Positions 10,113 to 23,177 of a DNA stretch of 37,684 nt are shown in pieces. Each line of letters opens with the position of its first letter. The stretch's first letter is position 1. The DNA comes from Chiloscyllium plagiosum (lineage: Eukaryota). The stretch spans positions 3,634,203 to 3,671,886 of the forward strand of contig NC_057718.1 in assembly GCF_004010195.1 (NCBI RefSeq), in the 5' to 3' direction. The notes under the pieces were generated by a model. It had not been told where the DNA came from, searched no databases, and saw nothing but the letters and a program-made list of their open reading frames with translations. The position numbers and the translations under genes were made by a program.

Positions 10113-11180
10113 ATTCCAATACCAAACAACCCAGATGGCCTCCTTCTTCAAAGACCGCAATTTCCCCTCAGATGTGGTTGACGATGCCCTCCACCGCATC
10201 TCCTCCACTTCCCGCTCTTCCCCACTTGAGCCCCGCCCCTCCAATCACCACCAGGAAAGAACCCCACTGGTCCTCACCTACCATCCCACCAACCTCCAGA
10301 TACATCGTATCATCCTTCGTCATTTCAGCCACCTTAAAACAGACCCCACCACCAAGGATATATTTCCCTCCCCTCCCCTATCAGCGTTCCGAAAAGACCA
10401 ATCCCTCCACGACTCCCTCGTCAGGTCCACCAACCCAACCTCCACTCCCTGCAACTTCCCCTGCAACTGCAAGAAATACAAAACTTGCGCCCAAATCTCC
10501 CCCCTCACTTCCCTCCAAGGCCCCAAGGGATCCTTCCATATCCGCCACAAATTCACCTGCACCTCCACACACATCATTTACTGCATCCACTGCACCCGAT
10601 GTGGCCTCCTCTACATTGGGGAGACAGGCCGCCTACTTGCGGAACGTTTCAGAGAACACCTCTGGGACATCCGCACCAACCAACCCAACCACCCTGTGGC
10701 TGAACANNNNNNNNNNNNNNNNNNNNNNNNNNNNNNNNNNNNNNNNNNNNNNNNNNNNNNNNNNNNNNNNNNNNNNNNNNNNNNNNNNNNNNNNNNNNNN
10801 NNNNNNNNNNNNNNNNNNNNNNNNNNNNNNNNNNNNNNNNNNNNNNNNNNNNNNNNNNNNNNNNNNNNNNNNNNNNNNNNNNNNNNNNNNCTTCTTGACC
10901 TGTAATCTTCTTCCCGACCTCTCCGCCCCCACCCCCTCTCTGGCCTATCACCCTCACCTTAACCTCCTTCCACCTATCGCATTCCCAATGCCCCTCCTCC
11001 AAGTCCCTCCTCCCTATCTTTTATCTTAGCTGCTTAGCACACCCTCCTCATTTCTGAAGAACGGCTTATGCCCGAAACGTCGATTCTCCTGCTCCTTGGA
11101 TGCTGCCTGACTTGCTGCGCTTTTCCAGCAACACATTTTTCAGCTCTGATCTCCAGCATCTGCAGTCCTCACTTTCTCCT
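10113..11180 (+). mobile_element. Penelope-like element arm (Cys-rich linker + GIY-YIG endonuclease, 3' tail); spans an assembly gap
   Basis: PLVLTYHP...FTCTSTHIIYCIHCTRCGLLYIGETGRLLAERFREH; hammerhead-like CTGAAGA...GAAACGTC at 11054-11081. Confidence 0.92.
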
Positions 11181-12397
11181 AATGTACTACGGTATTCATC
11201 TCCCTATTCTATTTCTACACAAGTCCTCATTGTACCATTACAAGTCTTTCAATTCAGTTCTCTGTTCCTGGGGAAGATACTACCATATTCCATTCCTTGA
11301 GGACTTCCTCATTATTCAACTTATTCTGAGGCACATCAAAACCCAAATCATCTGGATTTTATTCCTCACTCTGAATGACAGTAACTAATACCTGTTTCTC
11401 CGGTTCCCTTTCCCTGTCATAGTAACATTTCCGCATGATCACAGAACATACCCGATAAGTATTTCACTAGGTAATTTACCTGACTTAACTTCTTCTCAAT
11501 CTGTTAATAACCACTAAACCTCTTTGAATGGGTCTCCTACCACTGGTAACAGCACCAATACTTTATCCCCACAGGCAAATGTACAAATTGTAGATTTATT
11601 ATCTTGCTCCTTGGTTCATTAGGTGCTGTGCCACCTTCAAATATTGTCCAGTTAATTCACCTGCTCGGTTTAATCTTTCTCTCACCTCAGATACATAATC
11701 CAGCTGTGAGGTCTCTGACTTCGGACCTATCAACTTTTCATTAATTAATTTTAAAGGGCCTCTTACTTAGTGTCTGAATATTAATTCAAATGGAGGAAAC
11801 TGATTCGATTTATTTGAAGCATCTCTAACATCAAATACTATAAATGGGATACCTTTGTCCCAATTATTTGGGTAATTCTGGAAATAAGCCCTCAACATTG
11901 GCTTTAGGGTCTGATACCACCTTTCAAATGCTCCCTGGGATTCAGGATGGTACACACTCGATGTAAAGTGTTTGATACTGAAATTATCCATGACCTCCTT
12001 AAATATTATGGCAGTAAAATTGGACACTTGGTCTGACTGAATCTCCCTGGATAGTCCATAATGGGTAAGGACAGCAAGCAACTCCTCCACAACCTTTATG
12101 CCTTGACATTCCATAATGGAATTGCCTCCGGACACCTGGTAGACACACCCATTCCGGTTAGTAAATATTGGTTCCACGTTTTGTTTTAGGGAGAGGACCT
12201 ACATAATCATAACCTGTGTAAAAGGTTCTTTGAATGCAGGAAATGGCGTCAAAAGCACAGGTTTTATCACTGCCTGTTACGGCAAAATTCAGCCACTTCG
12301 TTATGTAACCCAGGCCAATAAAAATGCTTCTGCATCATAGCCTGAATCTTCCACACTCTGAGGTGACCTCCTACCTCAGGTAATTTGTGTGCTACCC

Positions 12398-12478
12398 ATA
12401 GATCATAAGACATTGAAGCAGAAATTAGGCCATTCAGTCCATCAAGTCTGTACCATCATTCAGACATGACTGGCAATC
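12398..12478 (-). mobile_element. Short CR1 3'-end fragment inside the integrase region
   Basis: catagatcataagacattgaagcagaaattaggccattcagtccatc, a typical CR1 tail in reverse. Confidence 0.6.
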
Positions 12479-13058
12479 ATAGCCGCAATACTTCCTTTCT
12501 GTATTCTACCGGCAGCACAATCTGGTGAACCGCTGCCCATTTCTCACCTGCACTAACCTGCCAAGATCTCCATTTACACCTTAAGATTTTATCCTTAAGG
12601 TAATAGCAATCTGCGATACACTTTAATTCCTTTTCTGAATAGACTTTGATGTAAATCCTTTGTCATCTCATCTGTTTGTCGTGATTCCATTAATCTTTCA
12701 GAATGAAAAACCACTGCCTGATCCTCCAGCTGCTTTGGCTTTTCCTTCACCGTCTCATCAAACAGAGCGCCAGCTAACTGGACCTCAATCCCTTCATCTT
12801 TCTGTTTTGTTCTCCTTTAGTGTTTTAACTTATGGCTGTGGGATGTTGTCACCTCACAACCTGGAAAATTCCAGGGTACTTTTGTTTTAACTCCTCAGTT
12901 CTTTGGCTTTCTTTTGGATTTTCCGTTGCAATGGGCCTCACTCCCATTTGTGATCCAGCTATAACATTTTCAAGAATAAATGGGATTCCTGAAGTAGCTG
13001 ACTTTTCCATCACTTCCCTATTCTTGATTGGACTTTCTAGCCTTATATTACATGAAGG

Positions 13059-14812
13059 AATATAGAATATAGAACAGTACAGCACAGTACAAGCCCTTCA
13101 TCCCTCGATTTTGTGCCAACCTTTTATCCTACTCTAAAATCAAACTAACTAATATACCCTTCAATTTACTATCATCTTTATGGCTATCCAAGAGTCACTG
13201 AAATGTCCCTAATGTATCTGACTCTACGGTCAACACTAGCCATGCATTCCACGCACCCACCAGTCTCTGTGTAAAGAATCTACCTCTGACATCTTCCCTA
13301 AACCTTCCTCCAATCACCTTAAATTATATCCTCTTGTGATCGCCATTTCTGTTCTGGGAAAAAGTCTCTGACTGTTCACTCTATCTATGCATCTTTATCA
13401 AGTCACCTCTGATCCTTCTTTGCTCCAATGAGAAAAGATCTAGCTCCCTCAGCCTTCCTTCATAAGACATGACCTCCAGTCTAGGCAACATCCTGGTAAA
13501 TGTCGTCTGCACCCTCTCTAAAGCTTCCACATTCTTCCTATAATGATGCTACCAGAACTGAACACAATGTTCCAAGTGTGGCCTAAACAGGGTTTTATAG
13601 AGCAGCAGCAAAATCTCATCACCCTTAAAATCAATCCCCCAGCTAGTGAAAGCCAACACACTATAATCTTCTTAACAATCCTTTCAATTTGAATGGCAAT
13701 TTTGAGGGATCTATGGACATGGATCAAAAGATCCCTCTGTTCCTCCACACTACAAAGAATCCTGCCTTTCATCCTGTATTCTGAATCAAATTCAACATCC
13801 CAAATGAATCACTTCACACTTTTCCATGTTGAACTCCAACTGCCACTTAGCAGCCCAGTTCTGCATCCTGTCAATGTATAGTTGCAACCTACAACAGTCC
13901 TCCACAGTATCCATCACTCCACAAACTTCGTGTCGTCAGCAAGCAGACGAACCCACCCTTCCACTTTCTCATCTGAGTCATTTATAGAAATCACAAAGAG
14001 CAGAGGTCCCTGAACAGATCCCTGAAGAACACCCCTGGTCACTGAGCTCCAGGCTGAATAATGTCCATCTACTACAACACTCTGTCTTCTATGGGCCAGC
14101 CAATTCTGTATCCAGACAGCCAAACTTCCCTATATCCCACGCCTTCTTACTTTCTAAATGAACATGCCATGGGGAATCTTGTCAAACACCAAGTACACCA
14201 CATCCACTGCTCTACCTTCATCAATGTCTTTTGTCATATCCTCAAATAATTCAATAAGGCTTCTGAGGCATGATCTGCCATTCACAAGGTCATGCAGACT
14301 ATCTTTAATCAAACTATGTTTTTCCAAGTAATCATAAGTTCTGTCTCTCAGAATCCTCTCCAACAATTTGCCCACCACAGATGCAAGACTGTCCAGCCTG
14401 TAATTCCCAGGATTATTGCTTTTCTCTTTGGTGAACAGGAGAATAGCATTCGCCACTCTCCAATCATCTGGTACTACTCCAGTGGACAGTGAGGATGCAG
14501 AGGTTTTGACCAAAGACGCAGGAATCTCTTCCCTCGCTTCCCTTACAACCTTGGGTATATCCCATCTGGCTCAGGGGACTTACCTATCCTTACGTTTTTC
14601 AAAATTTTCAGCATATTCACCTTCTTCACATCAACCTGTTCAAACATATCAGCCTGTTTCATGCTATCCTCAGAAATGACAAAGTCCCTCTCAGTAGTGA
14701 ATACTGAAGTAAAGTATTCATTAAGGGCCTCCCCTACTTCCTCCGACTTTAGGCACAAGTTCCTGCACGAGAGCTGATCAGCCTTACGCTCAATCTGACC
14801 ATCCTCTTGTTC
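13059..14812 (-). mobile_element. 5'-truncated CR1 LINE inserted in the Gypsy pol
   Basis: GVVPDDWRVANA, GVLQGSVQGPLLF, LLADDTKF; atagaatatagaac tail at ~13060. Confidence 0.93.
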
Positions 14813-16460
14813 CTCTCTCCATTTATTCCACAGATTACGATGCTGTCTGGTAATGTTTCAGAAGGAGTATAAATATTTTCAGCTCTTACTATTAGAAACA
14901 GACTAGCTCTTGTATCTATTAATATTTTAACTTTTTGACCTATCCTCCCTGTTCTACCTGCGTAAATCTTACCCACACAGGTGAAGTCTTTGAAAAGATC
15001 AGGCACTATCTCACTATTCAGCCAGTGACTAAGCTGTGCACTTTCCTGCACTTCCTCGACTTCTCATGGGATTTCTTTCACTGCCTTAACCAATGCCACT
15101 GGATTAACCCCTTTTACTACATCCTTTTTCCCAGTGCCTTTCTTAAACCCCAGCACCGTGACTTTGTGTGTCCCAGTTATTGCAGTGAAAACACCTGTGG
15201 TCTTTCACCTCTTTTCCATGTTCTTGGATTTCTGTTTTCACATATGGTAAATTTCTCCCAGTATGATCTCCATTTTGTTGAAAAATTGTCTTCTTTCCCA
15301 ATTTCTATCCCTCATGGAGTGAAATTGCTGTCGGCAGCTAGATTTCAATTTACACACTAATGCATATTCATCGGCCATCCCTGCAGCTCTTCACACTGTC
15401 TGAACTTTCCGTTCCTCAACATGAGTTCTTAGCATTTCTGGAAGTGAGTTTTTAAACTCCTTCAGCAGAGCCTCATATGTCTTTCCTATCTTTAATGCTC
15501 TCTTCCATCTACCCAAATTATTCTGTCTATTTTTTTTAAACTCAGTATAAGATTGACATGGTTCTTCTCTTACATCTCTGAATGATTGCCTATGTGCTTC
15601 TGGTACCAATTCATAGTCTCTAAAATAGCCTTTTTTACTTCTTCATGTTATCCTCTGACAGTGCTGCAAACATCTCACGAGCCCTGCCTACCTACTTGGT
15701 CTGAATTAACATTACCCACACACTCTCGAGCTAGTCCATCTGGTTAGCCAATTTCTCAAACGAAATGAAAAAAATCTTCAACATCTTTTTCATCAAATTT
15801 TGGTAATGTTTGGACATACTTGTATCAATCCCTACCAGGATGTTGGCTACAATGAGTTTTCACATCATCACTTCCATCCTATACTTTTATTCCTGTCATT
15901 TGAAGTCCTTTTGCTTCAAGTTATAGAGTCATAGAGTCATAGAAATGTACAGCATGGAAACAGACCCTTCAGTCCAACCCATCCACGCCAACCATATATC
16001 CCAACCCAATCTAGTCCCACCTGCCAGCATCCCGCCCATATCCCTCCAAACCCTTCCTATTCATATACCCATCCAAATGCCTCTTAAACGTTGCAATTGT
16101 ACCAGCCTCCACCACTTCTTCTGTAAATGACAAAAAGTAGAGGACACAGCACCGATCCTTGTGGCACAGGCCTCCAGTCACAGGCCTCCAGTCTGAAAAA
16201 CAACCCTCCACCACCACTCTTTGTCTTATACCTTTGAGCCAGTTCTGTAGCCAAATGGCTAGTTCTCCCTGTATTCCGTGAGATCTAACCTTGCTAATCA
16301 GTCTCCCATGGGGAACCTTGTCGAACGCCTTACTGAAGTCCATATAGATCACATCTACTGCTCTGCCCTAATCAATCCTCTTTGTTACTTCTTCAAAAAA
16401 ACTCAATCAAGTTTGTGAGACATGATTCCCCACGCACAAAGCCATGTTGACCATCCCTAA

Positions 16461-16545
16461 TTACTTAGATTAGATTAGATTAGATTAGATTAGATTAGAT
16501 TAGATTAGATTACTTACAGTGTGGAAACAGGCCCTTCGGCCCAAC
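16461..16545 (-). mobile_element. HE1-type SINE/LINE 3' tail with (TAGAT)n microsatellite
   Basis: About nine TAGAT units then tacttacagtgtggaaacaggcccttcggcccaa, the same tail as the SINE at 17827. Confidence 0.8.
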
Positions 16546-17826
16546 CATCAGTCTTTGCCTTTCCAAATGCATGTACATCCTGTCCCTCAGGATTCCCTCC
16601 AACAACTTGCCCACCACCGAGGTCAGGCTCACTGGTCTATGGTTCCCTGGCTTGTCTTTACCACCCTTCTTAAACAGTGGCACCACGTTTGCCAACCTCC
16701 AGTCTTCCGGCACCTCACCTGTGACTATCGATGATACAAATATCTCAGCAAAAGGCCTAGCAATCAGTTCTCTGGCTTCCCACAGAGATCTTGGGTACAC
16801 CTGATCAGGTCCTGGTGATTTATCCACCGTTACCTGTTTCAAGACATCCAGCATTTCCTCCTCTTTAATCTGGACATTTTACAAGATGTCACCATCTATT
16901 TCTCTACAGTCTATATCTTCCATGTCCTTTTCCACAGTAAATACTGACGCAAAATTTCATTTAGTATCTCCCCCATTTTCTGTGGCTCCACACAAAGGCC
17001 ACCTTGTTGATCTTTGAGGGGCCCTATTCTCTCCCTAGTTTCCCTTTGGTCCTTAACATATTTGTAAAAAAACTTTGGGTTCTCCTTAATTCTATTTGCC
17101 AAAGCTATCTCATGTCCCCTTTGTGCCCTCATGATTTCCCTCTTAATATACTCATACTTCCTTGATATTCTTCTGGGGATTCACTCGATCTATCCTGTTT
17201 ATACCTGACATATGCTTCCTTCTTTTTCTTAACCAAACCCTCAATTTCTTTCGTCATCCAGCATTCCCTATACCTACCAGCCTTTCCTTTCCTGACAGGA
17301 ATATACTTTCTCTGAATTCTTGTTATCTCATTTCTGAAGGCTTCCCATTTTCCAGCCATCCCTTTACCTGAGGACAGTTGCCTCCAATCAGCTTTCAAAA
17401 GTTCTTGCCTAATATCGTCAAAATTGTCTTTTCTCCAATTTAGAACTTCAACTTTTAGAACTGGTCTACCCTTTTCCATCACTATTTTAAAACGAATAGA
17501 ATTATGGTCACTGGCCCCAAAGTGGTCCCCCACTGACACCTCAGTCACCTGCCCTGCCTTATTTCCCAAGAGTAGGTCAAGTTTTGCACCTTCTCTAGTA
17601 GGTACATCCACATACTGAATCAGAAAATTGTCTTGTACACACTTAAGAAATTCCTCTCCATCTAAACCTTTAACACTCTGGCTGTCCCAGTCGATGTTTG
17701 AAAAGTTAAAATCCCTTACCATAACTACTCTATTATTCTTACAGATAGCTGAGATCTCCTTACAAGTTTGTTTCTCAATTTCCCTCTGACTATTAGGGGG
17801 TCTATAATACAATCCCAATAAGGTAA

Positions 17827-18130
17827 TTAGATTACTTACAGTGAGGAAACAGGCCCTTCGGCCCAATAAGTCCACACCGACCCGCCAGATCGCAACCTAC
17901 CCAGACCCATTCCCCTACATTTACCCCTTCACCTAACACTAAGGGCAATTTAGCATGGTCAATTCACCTAACCTGCACATTTTTGGACTGTGGGAGAAAA
18001 CCGGAGGAAACCCACGCAGACACGGGGAGAATGTGCAAACTCCACACAGTCAGTCGCCTGAGGCAGGAATTGAACGCAGATCTCTGGCGCTGTGAGGCAG
18101 CAGTGCTAACCACTGTGCCACCGTGCCACC
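17827..18130 (-). mobile_element. Full-length tRNA-derived V-SINE (HE1-like)
   Basis: Minus strand: A box TGGCACAGTGG, B box GTTCAATTCC, V-domain TGTGGAGTTTGCACATTCTCCCCGTGTCTGCGTGGGTTTCCTCCGG, CR1-like tail. Confidence 0.92.
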
Positions 18131-19589
18131 CATTCCTTTCTCATTTCTCAGTTCCATCCAAATAACTTCCCTGGATGTATTTCCGGGAATATCCTCCCTC
18201 AGCACAGCTGTAATGTTATCCCTTATCAAAAATGCCACTCCCCCTCGTCTCTTGCCTCCCTTTCTATCCTCCCTGTAGCATTTGTATCCTGGAAAATTAA
18301 GCTGCCAGTCCTGCCCATCCCTGAGCCATGTTTCTGTAATTGCTATGATATCCCAGTCCCATGTTCCTAATCATGCCCTGAGTTCATCTGCCTTTCCTGT
18401 TAGGTCCCTTGCATTGAAATAAATACAGTTTAATTTATTAGTCCTACCTTGTCCCTGCCTGCCCTGACTGTCTGACTCACTTCTGTTCTCAGCTGTACCA
18501 GTCTCAGATCGATCTCTTTCCTCACTATCTCCCTGCCCACCCCGCCCCCAACCTTACTAATTTGAATCCTCCTGAGCAGTTGTAGCAAATTTCCCTGACA
18601 GTATATTAGTCCCCTTTCAATTTAGGTGAAATCCGTCCTTCTTGTACAGGTTACTTCTACCCCAAAAGAGATTCCAATGATCCAAAAATGTGAATTCTTC
18701 TCCCATACACCAGCTCCTCAGCCATGCATTCATCTGCTCTATCCTTCTATTCCTGCCCTCACTAGCTCGTAGCACTGGGAGTAACTACCCTTGAGGACCT
18801 CCTTGATAATTTCTGCCTAACTCTGTGTAATCTCCCTTCAGAGTCTCAACCTTTTCCCTTCCTCTGTCATTGGTTCCAATGTGGACAATGACATCTTGCT
18901 GGCCCCTCTCCCCTGTGAGAACATTCTGCACTGTCTCTGAGACATCCTTGATCCTGGCACCAGGGAAACAACACACTATTCTGCTTTTTCTCCACTGGCC
19001 ACAGAAACATCTGTCTGTACCTCGGACTACAGAATCCCCTAACACAATTGATCTCTTGGAAGCCGACGTACCCCTCGTTGCATTACAGACAGTCTCAATA
19101 CCAGAAACTTGGCTGTTCGTGCTACGTTCTCCTGAGAATCCATCACATCCTACATTTTCCAAAACAGCATACCTGTTTGAAATGGGTATTTCCACAAAAG
19201 ACTCCTGCCCTAGGTGCTTACCTCTCTTACCTTTCATGGAGTTAACCCATCTATGTGACTGTATCTGAGACTTTCCCCCCTTCCTATAACTGCCGTTCAT
19301 CACATAATTTTGTTGTTGCAAATTCCTCATTGCTTCTAACTGTCTCTCCAACAATCCATTCAATCTGATAAGATTCGCATCCAACAGCGTTTATGGCAAA
19401 TATAATCCGCAGTAACCCTTAAACTCTCTTTAAACTCCCACATCTGACAAGAAGGACATATCACTGCAAAGGCCATTTTTGTTCCTTCACAATCTACAGA
19501 CCTAGAAAATAACACTGTCTTATTCCTCTACAAAACCCTGCACCAGGTTAAATTAATAGTTATGGCTTATATTTTAAGTTTAATCAAGT

Positions 19590-19920
19590 TATGGTGGCTT
19601 AGTGATTAGCTCTGCTGCCTCACAGTGCCATGACCCGAGTTTGATTCCAGCCTCAGACGACTGTGTAGAGTTTGCACCTTCTCCCCATGTCTGTGTGGGT
19701 TTCTGCCTGGTGTTCCAGTTGCCTCTCACAATCCAAAAGATGTGCAGGTTATGTAAATTGGCTGTGCTAAATTGCCCAGAGTGTTCAGGGATGTGTAGGC
19801 TAGGTGCATTAATCAGGGGTAAAAAAAAAGTGGGGTAGGGGAATGGGTCTGGGTGGGTTACTCTACAGTGGGTCATTGTAGATTTGTTGGGCTGAGGGGC
19901 CTGTTTCCACACTGTAAGGA
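19590..19920 (+). mobile_element. tRNA-derived V-SINE (HE1-like), diverged
   Basis: ggtggcttagtgattagc...gagtttgcaccttctccccatgtctgtgtgggtttc...gggcctgtttccacactgta. Confidence 0.9.
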
Positions 19921-20401
19921 TTGTCCGATAGTTCCAACATCATCTTTTCCAAATCAAACATTCTTCCCTTTCCCTTTCTTTATTTTTCAGTTCACTTTCT
20001 AACTCCAATTGTCTCATTTGCAATGTTATTTTTTTCTAACTCCACTGTATTGTTTCTCTGATATACCTAAATGCTTGGCTAAATCCGTTACAATTTAATC
20101 TTTCTTATTATCTCTACTCAAATCAAATTGTAGCCTATTTGCTAATTCTACAAGTGTCACATTGTTCTGTCTTTCAAAACTTCCTTGGCAAATTTGGGAA
20201 GCATCTTCAAACCCCAAAACTTCTTTGGCGATGTTAAGAACCATTTCTCCACTTTTGATTTAACCAGTAACAAGCAACTGAATTCAAACAGATTTTCCAT
20301 TCCTCACTTAAATTTTATTTAAAGGTCTAGGACACTAGTCCCCAAGTCTGTTTAAATCTGCTGGGACCTTTTGTACCCTAAATCTTCCCAAATCTGTTCA
20401 G

Positions 20402-20422
20402 ATCCTAGACAATGAGCCCGCA
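20402..20422 (-). other. Degenerate tRNA-Pro primer-binding site
   Basis: Minus TGCGGGCTCATTGTCTAGGAT, 3 nt from the LTR end, versus canonical TGGGGGCTCGTCCGGGAT. Confidence 0.65.
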
Positions 20423-20425
20423 ATC

Positions 20426-21340
20426 TGTTATAAATCAGAGGTCGACCCCGCTCTGAGAACTAAAATCGAAACACCCCAAGAGGAGCACCTCACCCTATAA
20501 TCTGTAAAAGGAGGGTGGAAAGTGATGTAATCTGCCTTTCAGCAACTTCTCGTGGTTAAATAAAATAAAACCCTGACACTCACTTTAAAATTACCAAGTA
20601 ATAATTTATTTATCAAAGATTAACAGTGAACAAATTACCTAAACTATTAACAATCAAAATAAACTCCTTCTAACTACTAACTATTCCTGAATAAAGCAAG
20701 ATTTTAATGAATGGTGTTCCAATAAATACAAGTCCCACTCATATAACAAAAAGTAGAATTTAAGTGTTTCGATATTACAGCCAGGTTACGTGTCTTCTGG
20801 AATGTTCCGTGTATTCTCCGTCAATTCTTTTGTCAGGAATATTAATGAATTGTGTTATTAGTCCCATTGTTATATAGATGGTACTTTCTCTCAGACATAG
20901 AGGAGGCTGTGAGAGCCAGCGATTCTCTCTCGAGAACTAAGGGCTGTTAGCTCTGGTGGATGGCAGCTAGCTCTCGGGTCTTTGTCCAACTGCCTCCTTC
21001 ATTTATACCCATGATGGCATTTCAATATTTCTCACAATAGGATTGGTCCTATGTTGTCAAAACCATCAAATTTAAATTTAATAGATTTTTGTACCTAAGT
21101 ACCTGGTTCAAATTGATTGGCTAAATTCAAAAGCCTTTTGTCTTAGAAAAAAACTGCTGCATGATCTGCTAACTGTATAGCCTTCTGATCCTTGCTGGTA
21201 CTCGCAGACATCCATTTTAAATCTCTAAGCAGAGAAAACACACATCATCTTTTAAAAGGACCATGCAATGCTGTTCCCCCACAGCACTTTACAAACACCA
21301 AACTCTAACTTCTTGTCTCCCAATCTATAAGTAAGCTACC
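20426..21340 (-). mobile_element. 5' LTR (family A) of the Gmr1-like element
   Basis: TGTTATA boundary adjacent to the PBS; homologous to 7557-9158; outer terminus not identified. Confidence 0.82.
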
Positions 21341-21344
21341 CAAC

Positions 21345-22027
21345 TTTGAACTGTGTGGGAAGCTAGAGAAGTGATTTCTGGGCCTCTTGCTGAGATATTT
21401 GTATCATCGATAGTCACAGGTGAGGTGCCGGAAGACTGGAGGTTGGCAAACGTGGTGCCACAATTCAAGAAGGGCGACAAAGACAAGCCAGGGAACTATA
21501 GACCAGTGAGCCTGACCTTGGTGGTGGGCAAGTTGTTGGAAGGAATCCTGAGGGACAGAATGTACATGTATTTGGAAAGGTAAGGACTAATTAGGGATAG
21601 TCAACATGGCTTTGTGTGTGGGAAATCATGTCTCACAAACTTGATTGAGTTTTTTGAAGAAGTAACAAAGAAGATTGATGAGGGCAGAGCAGTAGATCTG
21701 ATCTATATGGACTTCAGTAAGGTGTTCGACAAGGTTACACATGGGAGACTGATTAGCAAGGTTAGATCTCACGGAATACAGGGAGAACTAGCCATTTGGA
21801 TACAGAACTGGCTCAAAAGTAGAAGACAGAGGGTGGTGGTGGAGGGTTGTTTTTCAAACTGGTGGCCTATGACCAATGGAGTGCCACAAGGATCAGTGCT
21901 GTGTCCTCTTTTTTTTTCATTTACATAAATGATTTGGGTGCGAGCATAAGAGGTACAGTTAGTAAGTTTGCAGATGACACCAAAATTGGAGGTGTAGTGG
22001 ACAGCGAAGAGGGTTACCTCTGATTAC
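21345..22027 (+). mobile_element. 5'-truncated CR1 LINE RT (3' end probably 23178-23560)
   Basis: GEVPEDWRLANVVP, SCLTNLIEFF, GVPQGSVL, SKFADDTK. Confidence 0.93.
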
Positions 22028-23004
22028 ATAGAACATAGAACATAGAACATAGAAGAATACAGCGCAGTACAGGCCCTTGGGCCCTCGATGTTGCGCCGAT
22101 CCAAGCCCACCTAAACTACACTAACCCACTATCCTCCATATACCTATCCAATGCCCTCTTAAATGCCCATAAAGAGGGAGAGTCCACCACTGTTACTGGC
22201 AGGGCATTCCATGAACTAACGACTCACTGAGTGAAGAACCTACCCCTAACACCAGTCCTATATCTACCCCCCCTTAATGGTGGCCCAGGGACAAGCACCA
22301 ACGCAGACTCACCTCAGATCCCACGAGACTCTACCTTTTGTAGCAGCCTGCCGTAAGATGTGAAGCGATCCAGAAGAGATTACTGACGCAAAGGTGACTA
22401 CACTTAAATGAAAGTGCTGGGAATGGCAACCGTGATGGAACTCGCAGCCAAGGAAGGTCAACACCTCACAAAATGGTGGCTGAGAGTTCACAAAATGGTG
22501 GCCCAGGGACAAGCACCAACGCAGACACAAAACTGCCACTGCTGTGGAAACACATGTCAGGCAGCAGCAAATTGCTGCTGGAAAGAAGCTGTGTGCAGAA
22601 ACTGCAGCATTAAAAAAGAATATATTAAGCGAGAAGAAGTTTGAGAGGCAACTTAATTGAGATATATAAGATAATCAAAGGGTTAGACAGGGTGGACAGT
22701 GATAGCCTTTTTCCTTGGACGGTGATGGCTGGCCTGAGGGGACTTAGCTTTATATTGAGGGGTGATAGGTATAGGACAGATGTCAGAGGTAGTTTCTTCA
22801 CTCAGAATAGTAGGCGCATGGAACGCACTGCCTGCAACAGTAGTTGAGTCGCCAACTTTAAGGGCATTTAAACGGTCATTGGATAGTCATATGGGCGAAA
22901 ATAGAATAGTGTCGTTTAGAAGGGCTTCAGATTGGTTCGACAGGTTGGCGCAACATCAAGGGCTGAAGGGCCTCAACTGCGCTGTAATCTTCTATGTTCT
23001 ATGT
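22028..23004. mobile_element. Composite: minus CR1 3' end (22028-22275), Gypsy gag fragment (22276-22635), plus CR1 3' end (22636-23004)
   Basis: (CATAGAA)n and TTCTATG tails point outward; the middle reads CEAIQKRLLT...MELAAKE and CHCCG...C...CRNC (double knuckle). Confidence 0.75.
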
Positions 23005-23083
23005 CGTAAAAGCACAGCAGGTCAGGCAGCATCCAAGGAGCAGGGGAATCGATGCTCCGAGCATGAGCTCTTCATCAGGAACT
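23005..23083 (-). mobile_element. Penelope terminal fragment with degenerate hammerhead
   Basis: Minus CTGATGA-A-GAGC-TCAT-GCTC-GGAG-CATC. Confidence 0.75.
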
Positions 23084-23177
23084 AGTAACTACACAAGTCA
23101 CGTTCAAAAGTGAAATCTACAACTGAGGCACCAGCAGCCAGCCACCCGAAAAGTATCAAAATGNNNNNNNNNNNNNN

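Larger units (their letters stand above)
15922..19588 (-). mobile_element. CR1 LINE (ORF1 esterase, APE, RT, tail) inserted in gag; internal RT deletion at ~16123
   Basis: ORF1 ATG 19476; IVLGDSVVRG...CCFPGARIKDV...VHIGTND; YYRPPNS, SDHN, YMDFSKAFDKVPH; (CTATGACT)n tail at ~15923. Confidence 0.95.
11181..20425 (-). mobile_element. Internal region of a Gmr1-like Gypsy LTR retrotransposon (gag-PR-IN-start of RT), decayed and multiply interrupted
   Basis: gag ATG at 20244; LPKFDEKDVEDFF, YELVPEAHRQSFR and a CFHCN knuckle (15920-15150); protease VKILIDTRAS (~14930); ILENVIAGS (~12970); integrase EIQSDQVSNFT...YHPESQGAFERWYQTLK (11767-12177); then YLPQEQRTELKDL, resembling the RT-proximal linker. 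Confidence 0.9.

Noticed and set aside
18050..18130. tRNA gene
   Set aside because: The A/B boxes belong to the tRNA-derived head of a SINE.
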